Shown: positions 1-9,687, counted from the first letter of the stretch. The stretch is 32,000 nt of DNA from Wolbachia endosymbiont of Cimex lectularius (GCF_000829315.1 NZ_AP013028.1:480001-512000), one strand, 5' to 3'. Notes: generated by a model not told the origin, from the sequence alone. A program made the numbers and translations.

Positions 1-37
1 ATCACCCAACGCCGGATTTTAAAATAGAGAGTGGAAT

Positions 38-105
38 AACTAGCTACCTCGGGGTTTTATTGTCCTTTTTTTCTGCCTGGTAAATTTCTTAAATATTATA
101 GCTTA
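38..105 (+). repeat. T-rich intergenic repeat module (TLR) copy 1
   Basis: Motif ...ctaCCtcGGGGTTTtattgtcCTTTTTTTCTgccTGGTAAATTTcTTAAATA. It is related by eye to seven other copies in this window, all in the same orientation. Confidence 0.6.
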
Positions 106-149
106 GACTAGTTGCGTTTAAGGCATAAAAACGCCAATACTAAAAATAA

Positions 150-212
150 ATACCGACCAGGGTTTCTTTTGCTTTTTTCTCTGTTTAGTAAATTTTTTAA
201 ATATTTATAGCT
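150..212 (+). repeat. T-rich intergenic repeat module (TLR) copy 2
   Basis: accGaCCAGGGTTTCTTTTGCTTTTTTCTCTGTTTAGTAAATTTTTTAAATA. The core is near-identical to the copies at 12234, 13367, 17345, 18455, 19539 and 29472. Confidence 0.65.
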
Positions 213-252
213 AATTGCAATTTATGAACGAATATTTGTTTTTACAACAAAT

Positions 253-378
253 GGTGTCATTCCAGCGCGTGACGCTGGAATCCAGGAACTTTATTAGGCT
301 AGTGAGCATAAAAGTTATGTTAAAATGCACCATTTTTATGGAAAACTGGATCCCAGTGTCGGAGCACTTGGATGCACC
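253..378. repeat. Palindromic MITE-like element resembling Wolbachia palindromic elements
   Basis: Arm 253-285 (ggtgtcattccagcgcgtgacgctggaatccag) is an imperfect inverted copy of arm 346-378 (ctggatcccagtgtcggagcacttggatgcacc). Each arm is itself a hairpin, e.g. attccagcg/cgctggaat. A related single arm lies at 29545-29574. Confidence 0.55.
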
Positions 379-464
379 CTCTTGGCAGCACAATGTTTGT
401 ACGCTCTTCCTGAGTATTCCCATCTGCGTTTCTCCTCAAAATTTTTTACCATAAATTAATTATG

Positions 465-1043
465 CTAGAGATCTAATGCTAATTTAAAAGGTGTCTTATT
501 ATCATTGTTTCTAGCATTAATATCAGCTCCTTCTTTTATGAGAAGCTCAATTAGATCTAAATTACCTTCCTTAGCAGCATAGTGTAGTAATGTATTACCG
601 CTATTACCCTTTGCTACAGCAAGAAAAGTTACCACCTCTCCTTGTGCAATCTCGAAAGGTGCCTTGTTTTTATTGTTTCTAGCTCTAATATTAGCTCCTT
701 TACTTATAAGTAGTTCAGCTACATCCTCTGCATCAAAGAAAGCAGCTGTGTGTAATGGCGTCCAGTCAATATTGTCCCGAGCATCAACATCAGCACCATT
801 GTCTACAAGGAATTCAGCTACATCTTTTGCATTAGAGATAGCAGCCGCATGCAGCGGTGTCAGGTCTTCATTGTCTTTAGTATTAACATCAACATCTTCT
901 TTTACAAGAAGCCTAGCTAGATATAAATTACCTTCTTGAACAGCGTAGTACAGCAATGTATTACCGCTGCTATCCTTTGCTGCAGCAAGAATTCTTGCAA
1001 TTTTGTCATCATATGTTTTAATATCAGCAGTGTGCTTTTTCAT
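465..1043 (-). CDS. Ankyrin repeat protein, probably 5'-frameshifted
   Basis: The 192-aa ORF has at least four ANK repeats (G-x-TPLH-x-AA...VxxLLxxGADVNA motifs). The frame stays open upstream to 1199, but the ATG at 1203 is out of frame by 1 nt. Confidence 0.85.
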   Translation of the reverse strand: MKKHTADIKTYDDKIARILAAAKDSSGNTLLYYAVQEGNLYLARLLVKEDVDVNTKDNEDLTPLHAAAISNAKDVAEFLVDNGADVDARDNIDWTPLHTAAFFDAEDVAELLISKGANIRARNNKNKAPFEIAQGEVVTFLAVAKGNSGNTLLHYAAKEGNLDLIELLIKEGADINARNNDNKTPFKLALDL

Positions 1044-1495
1044 GAAAGCTTCAATTGCTGCTGGCCGTTTTTTTGGTACATCGCCTAAAGTATATTGTTG
1101 ATCACTAACGGTCTTTATGATTTTGTCATTGTGTTTTTGAATATCAGCAGCTTGTTTATAACTGTTAATTTGTTCTAGAAAATCTTCATCTGTTTCCTTT
1201 CATAAAAAGCATTATTAGATTTCTTCAGCTCCATAATTTTTACCTCTGTCAATTAACCTTGGTTTTTCTTTGGCATTCTAAAACGCATCACTACTAACTT
1301 AACAATACATACCATTATTATTTAGATAATACAACCATTTTGAGCAACAAAAACCTAAAGAAAGGGTAGAGAACAGGAAAAGTGGCTGCTTGGAGACACT
1401 ACTCGTTTTACGCAGTAACATGTTGGCATAAATTTTTTACTTCGGTAGTTTTTTCATTGTCACTATAATTATAGTAGTAATTAAGTTGGATAGGT

Positions 1496-1822
1496 ATGAA
1501 AGCTTTTGCAAAAAACCTTAAGAGTAAGGAAAAAAAGCTGGAGGAATTCAATGAAGAAATTGAAGATATAACCACCTTAGCTCAAGATAAATTTGCGCAT
1601 GAACTTGAAAATATTGCATACGATAGCATGCAAAAATTTCGCAGTTTGCTTACTCAAGAGTTAAACACCATCTTCAACAATATCCATTCTCAAAATGTTA
1701 ACTCGCTGAAATCCAGCCTAGTTGAATATGCTATAAGTTCAAATTTTATCAATAAAAAGGGAGAAACAGCTTTAATACGCTCTCTCCTCAATGTAGTAGA
1801 ACATACGATAAAGAACTTATAG
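1496..1822 (+). CDS. Hypothetical protein
   Basis: 108-aa ORF that is K/E-rich and predicted helical. I recognise no family. Confidence 0.4.
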   Translation: MKAFAKNLKSKEKKLEEFNEEIEDITTLAQDKFAHELENIAYDSMQKFRSLLTQELNTIFNNIHSQNVNSLKSSLVEYAISSNFINKKGETALIRSLLNVVEHTIKNL

Positions 1823-1982
1823 CAAATCAAGAGTTTCAAGCACTTAGGGTTGCTACATGCAGATTTAACTTAATATTAAATGCGAGAAATTTAGCTAAGA
1901 TGAGTTTACCTGTGATTTATTTACAGCATAGATCCAGCGGTTGGGATAACGAGTTTTAGTCATACATAAACGGGAGGTTATT

Positions 1983-2523
1983 ATGTCTACTTCACCAAAA
2001 ATACATGTACAACGTAAATCCAAATCTAAATCTCTTCCAGTTACTTTGGAAGAAGTTAAATCTTTATTTACGCGTTGAGAACTATCAAGATGACAAGTTG
2101 ATCTCAAGCCTCATTTCTGTGGCAACCGACTATGCTGAATGGTATACGGAAAAGTCGCTGGTTAAGCAAACGTGGCAAGTTTCGTATGAGGACTATATAC
2201 CTCATAGGATCTATTTAAGCTATGGTCCTGTGAAAATGATAATGTCTGTTACTGCAACGATGTCTAAAAATCAAGAGAAGAAGACACCTAGATATTATTT
2301 CAGCGATGTAGGGGGCTACATTGAATTTTTCAGTCATTTGAATGCAATAAGAGTTGATGTTGTGTATGAAGCTGGCTATGACAACGTTCCTGAGCAGATA
2401 AAACTAGGTATTATGCAGCATTTTTCTGCTCTTTATAAAAATCGCGAATCAGAAGTGAAGAGCTATTTATCCGAAGTGAAGGGAGTATATTCCCCATTTC
2501 GCGAACCACGAGTTGTGTTGTAG
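1983..2523 (+). pseudogene. Phage head-tail connector (gp6/GTA g6-like), frameshifted
   Basis: ATG at 1983 is preceded by GGGAGG. It reads MSTSPKIHVQRKSKSKSLPVTLEEVKSLFTR and stops at 2076-2078. The next frame continues LRVENYQDDKLISSLISVATDYAEWYTEKSL..., the typical connector pattern (LEE-K-HLRVD..DD-LI). Removing one T near 2066-2069 restores EEVKSLLRVEN. Confidence 0.7.
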
Positions 2524-2571
2524 CTTTTTTTGCCATCCCTCTATATTGACTGTACTTTTAAGAGGATTATT

Positions 2572-2961
2572 ATGGATAATTCAAGTTATAAATGAGTTGT
2601 ACAACAGCATTTATGCAGCACTAAAGGCAAACTCTGATTTAAAGAAATACGTTACCAACATTTATGATTACCTACCTAAGCAGGTTACTATTCCTTACCT
2701 AAAATGAGCATAGTAAGTTATAGCAACTTTCATATGCTGTCCAATTTTGCTACAAAGGTAAGATTTGCATGCGATATATATACTTATCATATAGACAGTA
2801 TGTTTTCCATTATGAAGCGTATTAACTTTATACTTGAAAGTATTGAAGGTTTTGATAGTGGGACTATTTTGGAAAATAATTGTGCTGTGGATCAGCACGA
2901 TGAAATTTTACATTCAACAATTAATTTTGACATTTTTATCAAAGGAGGTGACAATGAGTAA
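2572..2961 (+). pseudogene. Phage DUF3168-like head-tail joining or tail-completion protein, two frameshifts
   Basis: AGAGGA then ATG at 2572. An extra G after the ATG (atgGataatt) displaces M-IIQVINELYNSIYAALKANSDL...IPYLK. A second shift lies in the A-run near 2701-2704, before SIVSYSNF...RFACDIYTYH...INFDIFIK. The pattern resembles DUF3168; assigned from memory. Confidence 0.5.
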
Positions 2962-3343
2962 GTTACAACTAAAAATTAAAGATCATGACAATAATTTTGT
3001 TGTGCTGAACAATATACGAAACTTAAGGTTTACTTTGCGTAATAATAGGGAAGAGATAAGAGATATTTCTTCTTTTGGCTGGAGAAAAGTGCTCGATTGT
3101 GCTGGAAGCAGGCACATTACAATAAAAATTAATGGAATTTTAGATTCTGTATTAGCAGATGAATTATTGCGTAATTCTGCTATGCTAAACTCTAATAATG
3201 ATTACGAAATTAGTTTTAATGCGAAGGAAAAGATAAGGCTTAGATGTTCGGTTGAGCTGTATGAGAGGTATTATGACCCTGCTGCTTTTGACAGCTTCAC
3301 TGTAGTTCTAGCCAGTGCTGAAGTTGTAACCACCTTTCATTAA
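2954..3343 (+). CDS. Phage major tail protein, TP901-1/GTA g9-like
   Basis: AAAGGAGGTG sits 4 nt upstream of the ATG at 2954. The 129-aa product contains ...SSFGWRKVLDCAGSRHITIKINGILDS...FTVVLASAEVVT, matching the conserved pattern of alphaproteobacterial GTA-type major tail proteins. Confidence 0.7.
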   Translation: MSKLQLKIKDHDNNFVVLNNIRNLRFTLRNNREEIRDISSFGWRKVLDCAGSRHITIKINGILDSVLADELLRNSAMLNSNNDYEISFNAKEKIRLRCSVELYERYYDPAAFDSFTVVLASAEVVTTFH

Positions 3344-3398
3344 TGTTAATTTAATTTTTTCATATACAATAGTAACTGATAGAAATTTTAACTAAGTT

Positions 3399-4175
3399 AT
3401 GGATGACAATTATCTTTTTAAGGAGGGAAGTGAAGAAAATAACGATGATAAAAGAGAGAGGAATTTGAAAAACGAAAATCAGCTAAATCAAGAAGAGCAG
3501 CCCAAAGAGAAAGACATAACGCAGTACGTTCAAGATTACTTAAAAGCTTTTGAGGATATTTTAACCCAGATTGACGAAGAAATCAATAATTTAGATAGTT
3601 ACGAAAGAACTATGCAAGTAAAGCGAAGTATAGATAGGCTCATAGAAACCTTGTATAGTCAAGCAGCGTCTGAAGACATTGACGTGGAACTTGAAACCAC
3701 AAAGCATACTCGCGATAAATCAGAGTCCAAGAAAAGAGTTATGGAGAAGAGAAGAAAACAAATAATGGAAGAAGTGCTAAGTGGTATGTTTGCCCAGCAA
3801 CAAAAGGAGCTAATGAACGCTAAACATTTAAGCCATGGACATGAAACAGCACATGACGAAGATGTTCTCAAAGCAAAGGCACGAATGAAGTCTTCAATCA
3901 AGGGAGTGTTGTTTTCAGTTATTGCTCATAGAATGGATCCAAGAAGGAGAGCAGGAGAAACTGCTGACGATAATGAAAAGCAAGCTCGTATATACGGCAG
4001 GGAAGCAGTTGGTGGAGCTTTAGGTGCACTGCTAAAAGCGTTTTTGACTGCGGTTATTGCCGCAGTACGCGAAATTGCCAAGCCACTTCAGCATATGAGC
4101 AAACAAGAAACATCCTTTGCAAAGCAAGTCGAGGAAAGCAGAAACACAGATCCACAAAAAGGTAGGTCTATGTAG
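3399..4175 (+). CDS. Hypothetical protein: acidic, K/E-rich, with a C-terminal hydrophobic helix
   Basis: 258-aa ORF with a charged low-complexity N-terminal half and the segment GGALGALLKAFLTAVIAAV. I recognise no family. Confidence 0.45.
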   Translation: MDDNYLFKEGSEENNDDKRERNLKNENQLNQEEQPKEKDITQYVQDYLKAFEDILTQIDEEINNLDSYERTMQVKRSIDRLIETLYSQAASEDIDVELETTKHTRDKSESKKRVMEKRRKQIMEEVLSGMFAQQQKELMNAKHLSHGHETAHDEDVLKAKARMKSSIKGVLFSVIAHRMDPRRRAGETADDNEKQARIYGREAVGGALGALLKAFLTAVIAAVREIAKPLQHMSKQETSFAKQVEESRNTDPQKGRSM

Positions 4176-4301
4176 ACTTTTCATATTACTCTCTGATCTT
4201 TAGCCGTCTTTTACAAAGTTAAAGGTTGTAACACTTAAAAATGTGGTTGAAAAATTGTGAGCAATAATGTATAATTATTAATATTTTTAAGCATTTTAGC
4301 T

Positions 4302-5222
4302 GTGGCATTTTCTAAATTTCTCGACCCTAAAAATGATGTCGCCTTCAGGCGCATCTTTGGTACAGAAAAGAACAAGGATATTCTCATTCATTTCCTCAAT
4401 GATATCTTGGGGCTCACTGGCAAGGATGAAATAAAAGAAATAGAGTTCCTCAGCACTATTCAAGATGCTGAAATTGCCTCCAAAAAGCAAAGCATTGTTG
4501 ATGTTCTCTGTAGAGATAAAAATGGGGTGCAGGTAATCGTCGAGATGCAGGTTGCTAAAACTAAAGGCTTCGAAAAACGCGCACAATACTATGCAGCTAA
4601 GGCGTATTCAAGACAGGCTAATAAAGGTGATCAATATGAAGACCTTAAAGAAATTATCTTTATCGCCATAGCAGATTGTATCCTGTTTCCGGACAAGTCC
4701 GAGTATAAATCAAAACACACTATTCGGGATGAGGATACCAATGAACATGATCTAAAAGATTTTTATTTTACATTTATTGAACTGCCAAAATTTCCCAAGA
4801 CGAAGGAAGATCAACTGGAGAGTATAGTAGAAAAATGAGTCTACTTCTTCAAGTATGCGGAGGAAACCAGTGAAAAGGAATTGGAAAGAATAATAGGAAG
4901 TGATGTAATAATCAAAAAAGCATATGAGGAGCTAAATAGATTTAACTGGTCAGAAAAGGAGTTCATAGCATATGAATAAGAGATCAAGCGTATTCGTGAT
5001 GAGAAGGCTGTCCTCGCTCAAAAACTTGATGATGCTAGAGACGAAGGCATCAAAATTGGTAAAGAGAAAGGTAGGACAGAAGGTAGAGAAGAAGGAAAAA
5101 TCGAAGTGGCAAGAGCAATGCTGGCTAATAATGTTGATGTTGATACTATTGCCAAGTGTACTAATCTCTCCATTAGCGAGATTGAAGGATTAAGGAATAT
5201 GCTTCAAGTTGAAGAAAAATAG
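4302..5222 (+). pseudogene. Rpn-family (PD-(D/E)XK, YhgA-like) nuclease/putative transposase, two in-frame stops
   Basis: GTG start; N-terminus AFSKFLDPKNDVAFRRIFGTEKNKDILIHFLNDILG. TGA at 4836-4838 replaces the TGG (W) seen in the paralogs (EKWVYFFKY). TAA at 4977-4979 replaces CAA. The frame is otherwise continuous to TAG at 5220-5222. Confidence 0.85.
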
Positions 5223-5252
5223 CAGCAGATCTGGATGAGGGAGTATAATGGC

Positions 5253-6611
5253 CTAATCCACTTTCAACTCCTCGGCATGTAAGCTACGTGGTAAAGACTC
5301 CAGTTCCTTTGCAGCACTTAGTTCTTTATTTTTTGCATGTATACCAAGCTTGTTGAACTCTCGGGCAGCAGGAAACACCCTTGCTTCAAGAGAGCCTGCA
5401 GTTTTATTGTAATGATCAACAGAACTTTTTAAGCTCCTGCGCAAATTATCAAAATTTTCACCCATTGTGCAGATACGCTCGTATAAAATATGGCCCAGTT
5501 CACTGATTTTTTTTGCACTTTCGGCTATCATTTCCTGTTTCCATCCATACGCTATTGCCCTAAGTAGTGCGATCAAAGTAATCGGTGTTGCAATAATCAC
5601 TTTTTTTTCCACCCCAATCTCTATCAAAGCGGGCTCATATTCCAGTGCTGCACTGAAAATCCCCTCCCCTGTGAGGAAAAGTACCACAAGCTCTGGCGTA
5701 TTTTCAAATTGATTCCAATATTCTTTTTTACCTAGATCATTTATATGTTTTTTTATTGCCAAAGAATGATTCTTTAATTTCTCCCTTTGTATCTGCAAAT
5801 CATTTTGTGACATAGCATCAAGATAGGAATCAAGCGGTACTTTAGCATCTATTATTATCTGCTTTCCAGATGGCATTTTAATTATCAAATCAGGGCGTAA
5901 TAAATTGTCCTCGTTTTTATCAACTACTGACGGCTGAGTAAAAAAATCGCAATATTCGATCATCCCCGCCATTTCTACCACTCTTTTTAGCTGAATTTCG
6001 CCCCATTTTCCTCTAATGTGAGGCTTCCTCAGAGCATTAGCAAGGCTAGAAGTCTGGTTCATTAACGCACCAATTTGCTCCTTTAAACCTTCATAGGCCC
6101 CTACCCTCTCCTTCTCCAGCTCGCGTATCTCGCTATCAAATTTTTCTAATTTTTCTTTTATTGGAACTACAACTTCGTTAATTGTTGCTTGTCTTTTTTT
6201 GAAATCGTTTTCTGTTTCTTTTAATTTGCCATCAATTACTTCCTTTGCCAAGTTCAAAAAATTATTATTGTTCGCCTGCAGAGCATCAAGAGACAGTGCT
6301 TTAAAAGCATTTGTGAGTCTCTCCTCAGCTTTTGTCAATAGTTCTATTTCTTTTTTCTTCTCCTCACGTTCTTTCTGCAGAGTTACTTCTAGCTCTGCGT
6401 TGCTCACTTTTAAACCTACTATTTCTTCGTCCTTATTAGTTAAAGCCTGCTTTGCTTCCTGAAGCTCATGCTCTAACTTACACAAATTACCCTCAAGATT
6501 TGCTGATTTTATTTTCTCCTCGCTCAGTTTTCTATTCTTTTTTGTGATGGTATAGAGAAAGAGTAATAAGGAGAGAAAATTTAGTCCGAGAAATATAGAA
6601 TTGAAAAGCAT
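5253..6611 (-). CDS. rmuC: DNA recombination protein RmuC
   Basis: 452 aa with an N-terminal TM segment, a long coiled coil, and the conserved RmuC core ...[23 protein letters not shown]...[23 protein letters not shown]... Confidence 0.9.
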   Translation of the reverse strand: MLFNSIFLGLNFLSLLLFLYTITKKNRKLSEEKIKSANLEGNLCKLEHELQEAKQALTNKDEEIVGLKVSNAELEVTLQKEREEKKKEIELLTKAEERLTNAFKALSLDALQANNNNFLNLAKEVIDGKLKETENDFKKRQATINEVVVPIKEKLEKFDSEIRELEKERVGAYEGLKEQIGALMNQTSSLANALRKPHIRGKWGEIQLKRVVEMAGMIEYCDFFTQPSVVDKNEDNLLRPDLIIKMPSGKQIIIDAKVPLDSYLDAMSQNDLQIQREKLKNHSLAIKKHINDLGKKEYWNQFENTPELVVLFLTGEGIFSAALEYEPALIEIGVEKKVIIATPITLIALLRAIAYGWKQEMIAESAKKISELGHILYERICTMGENFDNLRRSLKSSVDHYNKTAGSLEARVFPAAREFNKLGIHAKNKELSAAKELESLPRSLHAEELKVD

Positions 6612-6662
6612 CAGAATACAAAAAAATCGTACTCATAATGCTATCTAATTTTTATTTATATA

Positions 6663-6696
6663 GGAAAGAAAAAAAGGAGCACCTAAAGAGGTGCTC
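6663..6696 (-). terminator. Rho-independent terminator of the 6704-7444 gene
   Basis: Perfect 7-bp stem gagcacc (6677-6683) / ggtgctc (6690-6696) with a 6-nt loop. On the minus strand it is followed by CTTTTTTTCTTTCC. Confidence 0.65.
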
Positions 6697-6703
6697 TGTG
6701 TAA

Positions 6704-7444
6704 TTAGCAGTTTACAGAGATAGTCTTAAAGTTCCCTAGGTCTACTGAGCTAAATGCTGAGCTTGGTACACCCGAGTGATTTTCAGCAAATGCACTTTGC
6801 GATACTCTAGTTATTTCAGCAGATTTTCTGTTCTCATCCAAACCTAATTTACACATCATTCCTGATAGGTCGCTCGACTCAGAGCCATTACTATTTTGCC
6901 TTTTTACTGAATTTACGGGTAGAGATTTCTTTTCATTATTTGTATCTTGCTTTAAGCTATAAGAACCAGTAATGCAGAAATTTTCATTGCCACAGTTTAC
7001 AAATACACGAAACTCTCTAGGTCTCGTTTTATTGTTTTGGTTTGTGTTTTGGCACTTTTCCGCAAGAAATTTGTAGCCTTTATCTGTTGTAACAAGCAGT
7101 AACCCATCCTGAGTAGCCTCAAAATAACATGGTTGCCTTTTGTACTGTTTAATAGGTTTCATTGTATTATTTTGACCTTGGGGTTCGTCTGGTGCTGCTG
7201 TTGGTTGACCATGATCAACTTGATCATCCAGAGTTTCTGATGTTGTAGTTTTTGTTTGAGCAGGTTCCTGTTCCTCATTATTCGAAGATCTCTTTTGCTG
7301 TGATGCATTTTGTTGAGTAGCATTTGCTTGACTTTTGCTACCACCAAACAACCACTTCCAACCTGATGAAATCTTTCTTGCAATCCATGAAATACCAGTA
7401 TGATCAGCAACCCACTTAAAAAAACTCTTTATCTTTTCCCACAT
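6704..7444 (-). CDS. Hypothetical protein: W-rich N-terminus, Q/N/T-rich disordered region
   Basis: 246-aa ORF starting MWEKIKSFFKWVADHTGISWIARKISSGWKWLFGG, followed by a Q/N/T/E low-complexity stretch and a Cys-containing C-terminal part. It has its own terminator. I recognise no family. Confidence 0.5.
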   Translation of the reverse strand: MWEKIKSFFKWVADHTGISWIARKISSGWKWLFGGSKSQANATQQNASQQKRSSNNEEQEPAQTKTTTSETLDDQVDHGQPTAAPDEPQGQNNTMKPIKQYKRQPCYFEATQDGLLLVTTDKGYKFLAEKCQNTNQNNKTRPREFRVFVNCGNENFCITGSYSLKQDTNNEKKSLPVNSVKRQNSNGSESSDLSGMMCKLGLDENRKSAEITRVSQSAFAENHSGVPSSAFSSVDLGNFKTISVNC

Positions 7445-7550
7445 ACTTTACTCTCACTGTTAATAATAAATTAACTTAATTATTACATAAAAAACATAAC
7501 ATGTCAACTATTTTAGAGAATATTTTAGTGCTTGTCTGAGCTTGTAACCT

Positions 7551-8161
7551 TTAGCAATTAATAGCACTGGTATTTACAACCTCTCCGCCGACACGCTTAG
7601 TGATAAAAAACCTAACATAAGGTTTATTCGTATAAGGGTCTCTCAGTATTCTCATCCCTCTGCTATCTACGATCTTATAAGCCTTTTTAAAATCTGCTAT
7701 TGCGATTACCGGCAGTTTGCTTGGCGCAGGTGGCATATCAGCAGATTGATACACTGGTATCCCCATTAAAGTATCTGGAGCTTCAAGCGACAAACTTGGC
7801 TGCCAAAGGTATTGACCTGTTTGAGATTTTAGTAGCCTAACATCCTTCAACGTACTTCTATTCATCAAAAACGATGCATTTTTAGAGTAATATTCATTTA
7901 GAGAATAATACAATATCATTATTGAATCACTATCCAATTTGTTAGTTTTAATTTGCTCTATTTTATTATAACTGTTTCCATCGTCATAAGCTAAAATCCC
8001 TTTAGGCTGAAAAGTGCCCTCACCTTTAATGAAGGCTTCGTTTTCTTCCTTACTAAAAGTCTCGGCAATCTTTTCCACCAGCCAGCTTTCAACATCAACA
8101 AACGCATCATCAAGCAGCTTTTGTGATATCTGTGGCTAAGCGTATAATTCGTAAGTTGTAA
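7551..8161 (-). pseudogene. HK97-family phage major capsid protein, 3' part (IS-split, with nonsense codon)
   Basis: ...AFIKGEGTFQPKGILAY...LWQPSLSLEAPDTLMGIPVYQSADMP...MRILRDPYTNKPYVRFFITKRVGGEVVN is the typical HK97 capsid C-terminal half. There is an in-frame TAG at 8138-8136. The gene is interrupted by the IS at 8162. Confidence 0.85.
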
Positions 8162-9021
8162 GAACCTGTTTAAAATCTTCGTAACAGGAGAGAAATGAAG
8201 GAGAGGACTATCATCTGTAAGCTAGTGTTGAGCTTCCGCTCGCAATTTTTCCACAATCGCCTGCACTTTTCTAACCAGGCAAAAGAGCGTTCAACAACCC
8301 ATCTTTTTGGCAATACGACGAAAGTGTGTAACTCACTTCGCTTTATTACTTCAACAGTCGCACCAATGATAGCTTTTATTTGTGTTGCAAAATTTTCTCC
8401 TGTGTAGCCAGCATCAACCAGTATGTTTTTAACTTCAGAGAGGTTTGCTTTAGCATTTTCGACCATTTTCACAGCACTGCTACGGTCAGTTGCTTCTGCC
8501 GTTGTTACATAAATTGCATGTGGCAAACCTTGTGTATCAACTGCAATATGGCGCTTTATCCCTGAAATCTTTTTACCTGCATCATAGCCTTTTTTTTTCA
8601 GCAGTATCTGCGTTTTTAACGCTTTGAGAATCAATTATACAAAAGCTAGTTTTCTCTTTCCGACCATTGCTGATACGGACCTCTCCAACTAATTTTTTTT
8701 AAGACTAATTCCAACAAGCTTGGCTCTTCTCCATTCTTTTTACTCCACACTCGAAAATAGTAATATACGCTTTCCCATCTTGGAAAACCCTTTGGTAACA
8801 TCCTCCACTGACAACCACTTTTTAAGACGTACAACACCCCACAAAATACGTCATACAAATCAAGTTTTCTTGGTTTTGTTTTCTGCTTGCTACTCTCCAA
8901 AATTGGCCTGATTTTTTCAAACTGCTCTTGACTTATATTACTTGGATAACTTTTCTGCATAGACACCTCATTATTAATCTATGCTACTTTACCTCACATT
9001 TCCAAGATTTTAAACAGGTTC
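8162..9021 (-). mobile_element. IS5-family insertion sequence, copy 1
   Basis: 18-bp terminal inverted repeats GAACCTGTTTAAAATCTT. A TAA target duplication lies at 8159-8161 and 9022-9024. The element carries an orfA/orfB transposase. Confidence 0.9.
8170..8966 (-). pseudogene. IS5-family transposase orfAB; copy has an A9 tract that breaks orfB
   Basis: orfA is MSMQKSYPSNISQEQFEKIRPILE...CQWRMLP. orfB is ...[39 protein letters not shown]...DAGYTGENF...[13 protein letters not shown]. The homopolymer at 8590-8598 is 9 nt here versus 8 nt in the plus-strand copies, which separates IDSQSVK from GYDAGKK. Confidence 0.75.
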
Positions 9022-9589
9022 TAATGGAAATCTTTTGAATTTTAGGCGTATCTGTATCTTTTGCAAAATCATACTTGGATTTACTGCCACCATCTTCATC
9101 ATCTACTGTTTCACCACTCCAACCTGCACTAGCGCGGTCACGGTCTTCTATAATATAGTCCAATGTTTCAGTAGAGATTCTTTGACTGGAACATATTTGC
9201 CGCATTGGAGACGAGTCTGTTACACGCTTGTTTATACGTTTTACAATATGCGGAGTAATTAGATATCCTCCAATATCATTATCATCTCCACTGAGAGTTT
9301 TGCGCGATAAGCCGCTTTCCACTCCTTTGCGGATATAATCAGAAAAATATTTATCATTTGTGTCAAAATCTGTACTTACTTCTGGACGCTGAGCTACAGT
9401 TTCAATTAAATCCAAGCGTTTTTTGCAATTATCAATATCACCATCTATCTTGCATAGCTGCTCAATCGTTGCAGAGTCAGCTTGCCCTTTGCTTTCAATT
9501 TCTTTTAGTCTGCGATCATTTATTAATTTAAATTGCTCCCACGATGAAGCTAATTCATTAACACGGTGAGCGATATCAGTGAGCGACAT
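9022..9589 (-). pseudogene. HK97-family phage major capsid protein, 5' part
   Basis: AAGGAGG then ATG at 9589. The sequence MSLTDIAHRVNELASSWEQFKLINDRRLKEIESKG...GGYLITPHIV...ISTETLDYIIEDRDRASAGWSGE is the typical capsid N-terminal half. The reading frame runs into the IS end. Confidence 0.85.
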
Positions 9590-9687
9590 AATAGCCTCCT
9601 TTGAAGATGAAAAATGATTACGGTTTGTATTGGATGATACTCTAATGTAGCCTATGCTCGTTATTCCAATGCTTGAATTGGAACTTA

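Noticed and set aside
211-454. Overlapping ORFs of 70 and 79 aa at the window start
   Set aside because: They run through the palindromic element and TLR repeats, have a Cys-rich and Phe-rich nonsense composition, and each is the antisense of the other.
4296-4586. 96-aa ORF antisense to the 5' end of rpn, also present at 18618-18908
   Set aside because: Its conservation is explained by the sense-strand rpn sequence. It has no independent start context, and its composition looks like a mirror-frame artefact. Only transcript or Ribo-seq data could revive it.
7159-7410. 83-aa same-strand overlapping ORF inside the 6704-7444 gene
   Set aside because: It is an alternative frame of a low-complexity Q/N-rich region. 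The longer frame with the terminator is preferred.
8195-8911. ORFs of 61-70 aa antisense to the IS transposase (e.g. 8195-8407, 8380-8565, 8720-8911, repeated in every IS copy)
   Set aside because: They recur only because the IS is repeated. They lie antisense to a well-supported transposase frame and have no RBS or recognisable motifs.
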